Assembly (NCBI GenBank): GCA_054600435.1
Contig: BAAIJX010000034.1
Span: 186,001 to 247,503, forward strand
DNA: 61,503 nt
Reading direction: 5' to 3'
Origin: Neophaeotheca triangularis
Taxonomy: Eukaryota
In this document: in pieces, positions 57,901 to 61,503 of the stretch
Position numbering within the stretch: the stretch's first letter is position 1
Layout of the letters: each line of letters starts with the position of its first letter
Translations under genes and position numbers: made by a program
The notes under the pieces: model-generated
Seen by the model: the letters and a program-made list of their open reading frames with translations, nothing else
Databases searched by the model: none
What the model was told of the DNA's origin: nothing

Positions 57901-59479
57901 AGTGTCCCTTTACTTTAAACCCCTAAATCTAGCCTAACCCTACTAAGATTCATAGTAACTAAGCTAGTACTACTACTCCTATTACTACTACTTCTTCTCT
58001 ACTATTATATGTCTTGAAAACTTACTTAACTACTATTTAAAGGTCATCTAGGTACGCTAGAGTAACTCTAGGGCTTATAGTCTTACTCTTTCTACCTAGT
58101 ACCTTTCCTAATAATAGGCTCCTAGTACTACTAAGCCTCTATCCTCTTATAACTACTAGTATAGATCTAGTAGTTAGGCTATACTAGTAATACCTTTATG
58201 AAGTAGGTAGGTTAAGGCATAAGTTTATAGCAAACTAGGTAGCTAATAGATAGTAGGTAGATATAAGAGGGATTTCCCTTTGTCCTCTTTACGAGGGACG
58301 TACGTGATCCGCACGTGATACGCTCGGCTATTACAGCTATATATTAGCTATACTAGGCGCATGCTAGATTCGAGTTCCTTAAGAGATACTATATATATAA
58401 ATAGTAGACACACTTCTATCTCACGCTACTAGTTAGTATTATGCTATGTATATTCTACATTAGACAATGTACCCTTATAGTAGAACCCCCCTCCTAGGTA
58501 TAACATCATGGAGCTTTAGCTACTATAATTAGTAGATTTAGTATAATAATACTACATTACATAGCGCTCTAGAGTGTTAGTAGTAAGAATAGAGCGGTAC
58601 CCACGACATAGTATAGTATTACTACGTTAGGACTCTAGGTAAAGGGGACGGTACTAGCTAGTACACTCCTACTCCTACTAGCGTTTATAACATTAGTGAT
58701 ATCGGTTCCCCCTATAGAACTAAATACATTAATGATTTTATTAGCCATGGCTAGGTCCACGACATTATACGCATGTACATTTAGAAGCGTTTACCGACTT
58801 CTGTATTTCTAGTAGTTCCTATAGTAGTATAGGTAAATGAAGTTCCTAAGACTCTAGTATCTAGGAAACTAGTGTAAGAGTACGGGTTGTGGTCTTCCCT
58901 AAAGAGATAGGACTAATGACGATACTTAGAGGATAGGTTGTCGATGTCTAGGGCGAGTAGTAGACTATTATTAGTAAACTAAAACGTCCTCATTTATAAT
59001 CTGACTCGACGTTCTCTAAGCGCTTAACTAGCTTCTTACATAAATTGACTATGTTTAATAAAGCATTAAAGTCTTTATTTAGGAATATTCTCTTAACTTA
59101 GTCTAGGAATATGTTATATAAGGTCTTTAATACTTAGTTGTTAAGCATGTTATGTAGAGTATTGTTTATAGGGATCGTGATACTAGGTACATGTACCTAA
59201 TGTAATGATCTAGAGAATATTCCTATAGCCCGGCTAATGTTAATAAACTTCTATAAGGATTACTATAGAGGAGGCAGCCTAAGTACTTAGCTTCTATATC
59301 AGCCGTTTAGGCTAGCATAGTTATATAAACTAGCGATTAGTCTTTAAGTTAACTAAGCTTTTAGCTAAGAGGTACTATACTAGAGCTTTATCATATTAGT
59401 ATTAGCCGACTTCATTATCTAGCTCCTCTATGTTCCTTATATAGGCTCTCCTTATAGTATCCCTTAATATTTAAACTAA

Positions 59480-59617
59480 TTTTAGGTAGGATTTAGTAAA
59501 TAGAGCTTATATTTTTTCTACTTTCTCTCTTATGTTTTATTTCAATGCTTTTATTCTTAAATCCGATTATAGGTAGGATTTAGTATATAGAGCTTACATA
59601 CTTTCTACTATCTCTCG
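59480..59617 (+). repeat. ~50-bp imperfect direct repeat
   Basis: TAGGTAGGATTTAGTA(A/T)ATAGAGCTTA..TTTCTACT(T/A)TCTCTC occurs at ~59483 and ~59570. Confidence 0.7.
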
Positions 59618-61503
59618 TGCGTTTGTTTTAGCCTAATAGAGACGATTCTAGATATTTTAGTACATTTTGATATGTAACATGAATCCCGTCTCGTCTATTA
59701 CTCATAAAGACGATAATGACTAGGCGTTATCCTCTACTCTCCCTAGTCATCGAATAGGAAACTAGTAAGATATAATGTTTATGACCTTATATTATAAGAG
59801 CACTATATTCGAACTAATAACTACATATAAGATCTAGAGGATTTGTTAGGAAGGACTAACAAATATAGAATAGGATAAGGTAGGGTTAGAAGATAGGAAG
59901 GAGAAATGAGTGTAACTTTAAGATAGAGACCTTTGGCTTATACTTTTAGCGCCTTAATTATAGATCGTCTACGCTTATATAGTTATTAGCTTGACTATCT
60001 TGCTACTATCCGCTAGGCTAGATTCTACATCTTACTAATACGTTCCCTAGCCTTACCTATTAAGGGAAGTATTTTGGTTTTACCTATTATTAGTACTAGA
60101 GTTAATGTTAGCTACATAACCTCTTTTAATTAGGCATCTAGTAGCTACATATAAAACTTCCTTCATTAATACCTTTTGTTTACATTTTAGATATCTACAT
60201 AATGCAAACTAGGTAAGGTAAAGTATATAGGATTCTACTATAGAAAGAGATGACTAGTTCTAGTCGTTTTATTAGGTACGACTATAGCTTTAAGAGTACT
60301 AAGCCGCACTCGAAAACTAAGATATATATAGGACCTACTATAGGTTATTACTATAGCAAAAAGCCTCTAGATCATATTTAAGATATGCTATACTAAGTAG
60401 ACACTTCTATTTTAGCTGTTATAGTAAAACAAGTGTAGAAAAGATTAGGTAGTAATAGACATAGTCGTATATATAAGAAAGTAAAGGCTTTAGTAGTTAC
60501 TATTTTGAACGAGGAGAGGAATAGGCTTTACTTAGATATTTGTAGATACGATTGAAAAACTGAGTAAAAGAGAAGCCTAGTATATAGATAGTACCTTCAT
60601 AACTCTCTAGGAATCTCGAATAATGACTAGTCTAAGTTCTTCGAGCTATTATTAGAGGCTTAAGCGAATAAGTCTAATGTAAAAAGACTCTATAATAAGC
60701 ATTATAAGACTACCTAGCTCCTATAAACTAAAAAGTACAACTTATAACTAGAGTAGGACAATATAGTATAGTTATATAAGCAGCTTACTAATCTTAATGA
60801 GAGGATAAAAGAACGGTATAGTGCTATTAAGGAAGTTAGTAAAGTTGAAGAAATAGATTCGAGACACTTCCAAGAGATAGTTAAGAGGTAGTCTATATAA
60901 CTAGATTAACTAGTAGAAAAGCTATAGATACTTTAGTAGCATTTCGACAAATCTATAGAAGTAGATAACGGCCAATGCTCGACATCCTGTTCTTAGTATT
61001 CGTACCTTATTATTCTATCGACAAACTAGTAGCTACTAACATTATTAAAGACTAAATCCAATAGTACATCCCTTTATTAGTATCATAAAAGATTTACCTA
61101 AAGCTATATATCCTAGAACATATGTTAAGTTACTAATTAGAACTCGACTTATATGTATAGCTAACTCCCTACCTATACCTTACTAAATAACGACATATAG
61201 ATATAGCTGTATTATAAGAGTGATAATAATGTTACTTCGCTTCTAAAAATATCTTAGACTCTACTAGAATCCTATAGAGACTTGTTTCTCGAATCCTTTA
61301 AGATTAGAGATCTAGATATTCTCGAAGAGCTAACATTAACATAGGGAATAGGGGCGTAAGACAAATAGGGGTATGAGATAGTAATTTAGACTATTCAACA
61401 TTCAAAAATCTATATCTTAATAGTTATATGCTCAAATTACTTTAAATTAAAAAGAATAATACATAAGTCTATACTATTTAGTAGGATAGGTTCTAATTAT
61501 ATA

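Larger units (their letters stand above)
53400..61503. other. Heavily RIP-degraded AT-rich compartment
   Basis: Near absence of ORFs over 8 kb, dense TA/TAG/CTA, few CA/TG, CpG largely retained. Confidence 0.92.

Noticed and set aside
57915..57945. Telomere-like CCCTAA units (also 22929-22938, 39623-39629)
   Set aside because: One or two degenerate units only; expected by chance, especially in RIPed DNA
45130..61503. Starship captain (DUF3435 tyrosine recombinase), expected near Spok
   Set aside because: No recognisable captain motifs in the frames I translated; the RIPed tracts at 53.4-54.5 kb and 58-61.5 kb could not be assigned

Overview
Intron-containing filamentous ascomycete genomic DNA, probably Dothideomycete (inferred from gene style and CpA>TpA RIP signatures). 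Bases 1 to ~41,100 are mostly core genes: IRS4-like (partial), LIG4, a divergent isoorotate decarboxylase / thymine 7-hydroxylase pair, LDB19-type arrestin, VAC8, LAG1/LAC1, tRNA-Ser(CGA), RNR2, a WDR44-like WD40 gene and EBP2. An ~8.5 kb accessory island follows the tRNA. It holds two convergent ~750-aa genes of an unrecognised family that align with each other along their whole length. After EBP2 the window becomes an increasingly RIP-degraded accessory compartment. It contains a decayed tandem array of MGAWG/MYND-family genes, a full-length Spok (spore-killer-like) homologue with four nonsense codons, pogo and hAT transposase relics, and an apparently intact IFI27/ISG12-like microgene. It also holds a MITE-like element, a RIPed beta-lactamase-family gene and a second heavily RIPed Spok relic on the opposite strand. 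All assignments come from manual translation and motif recognition; no database searches were run.
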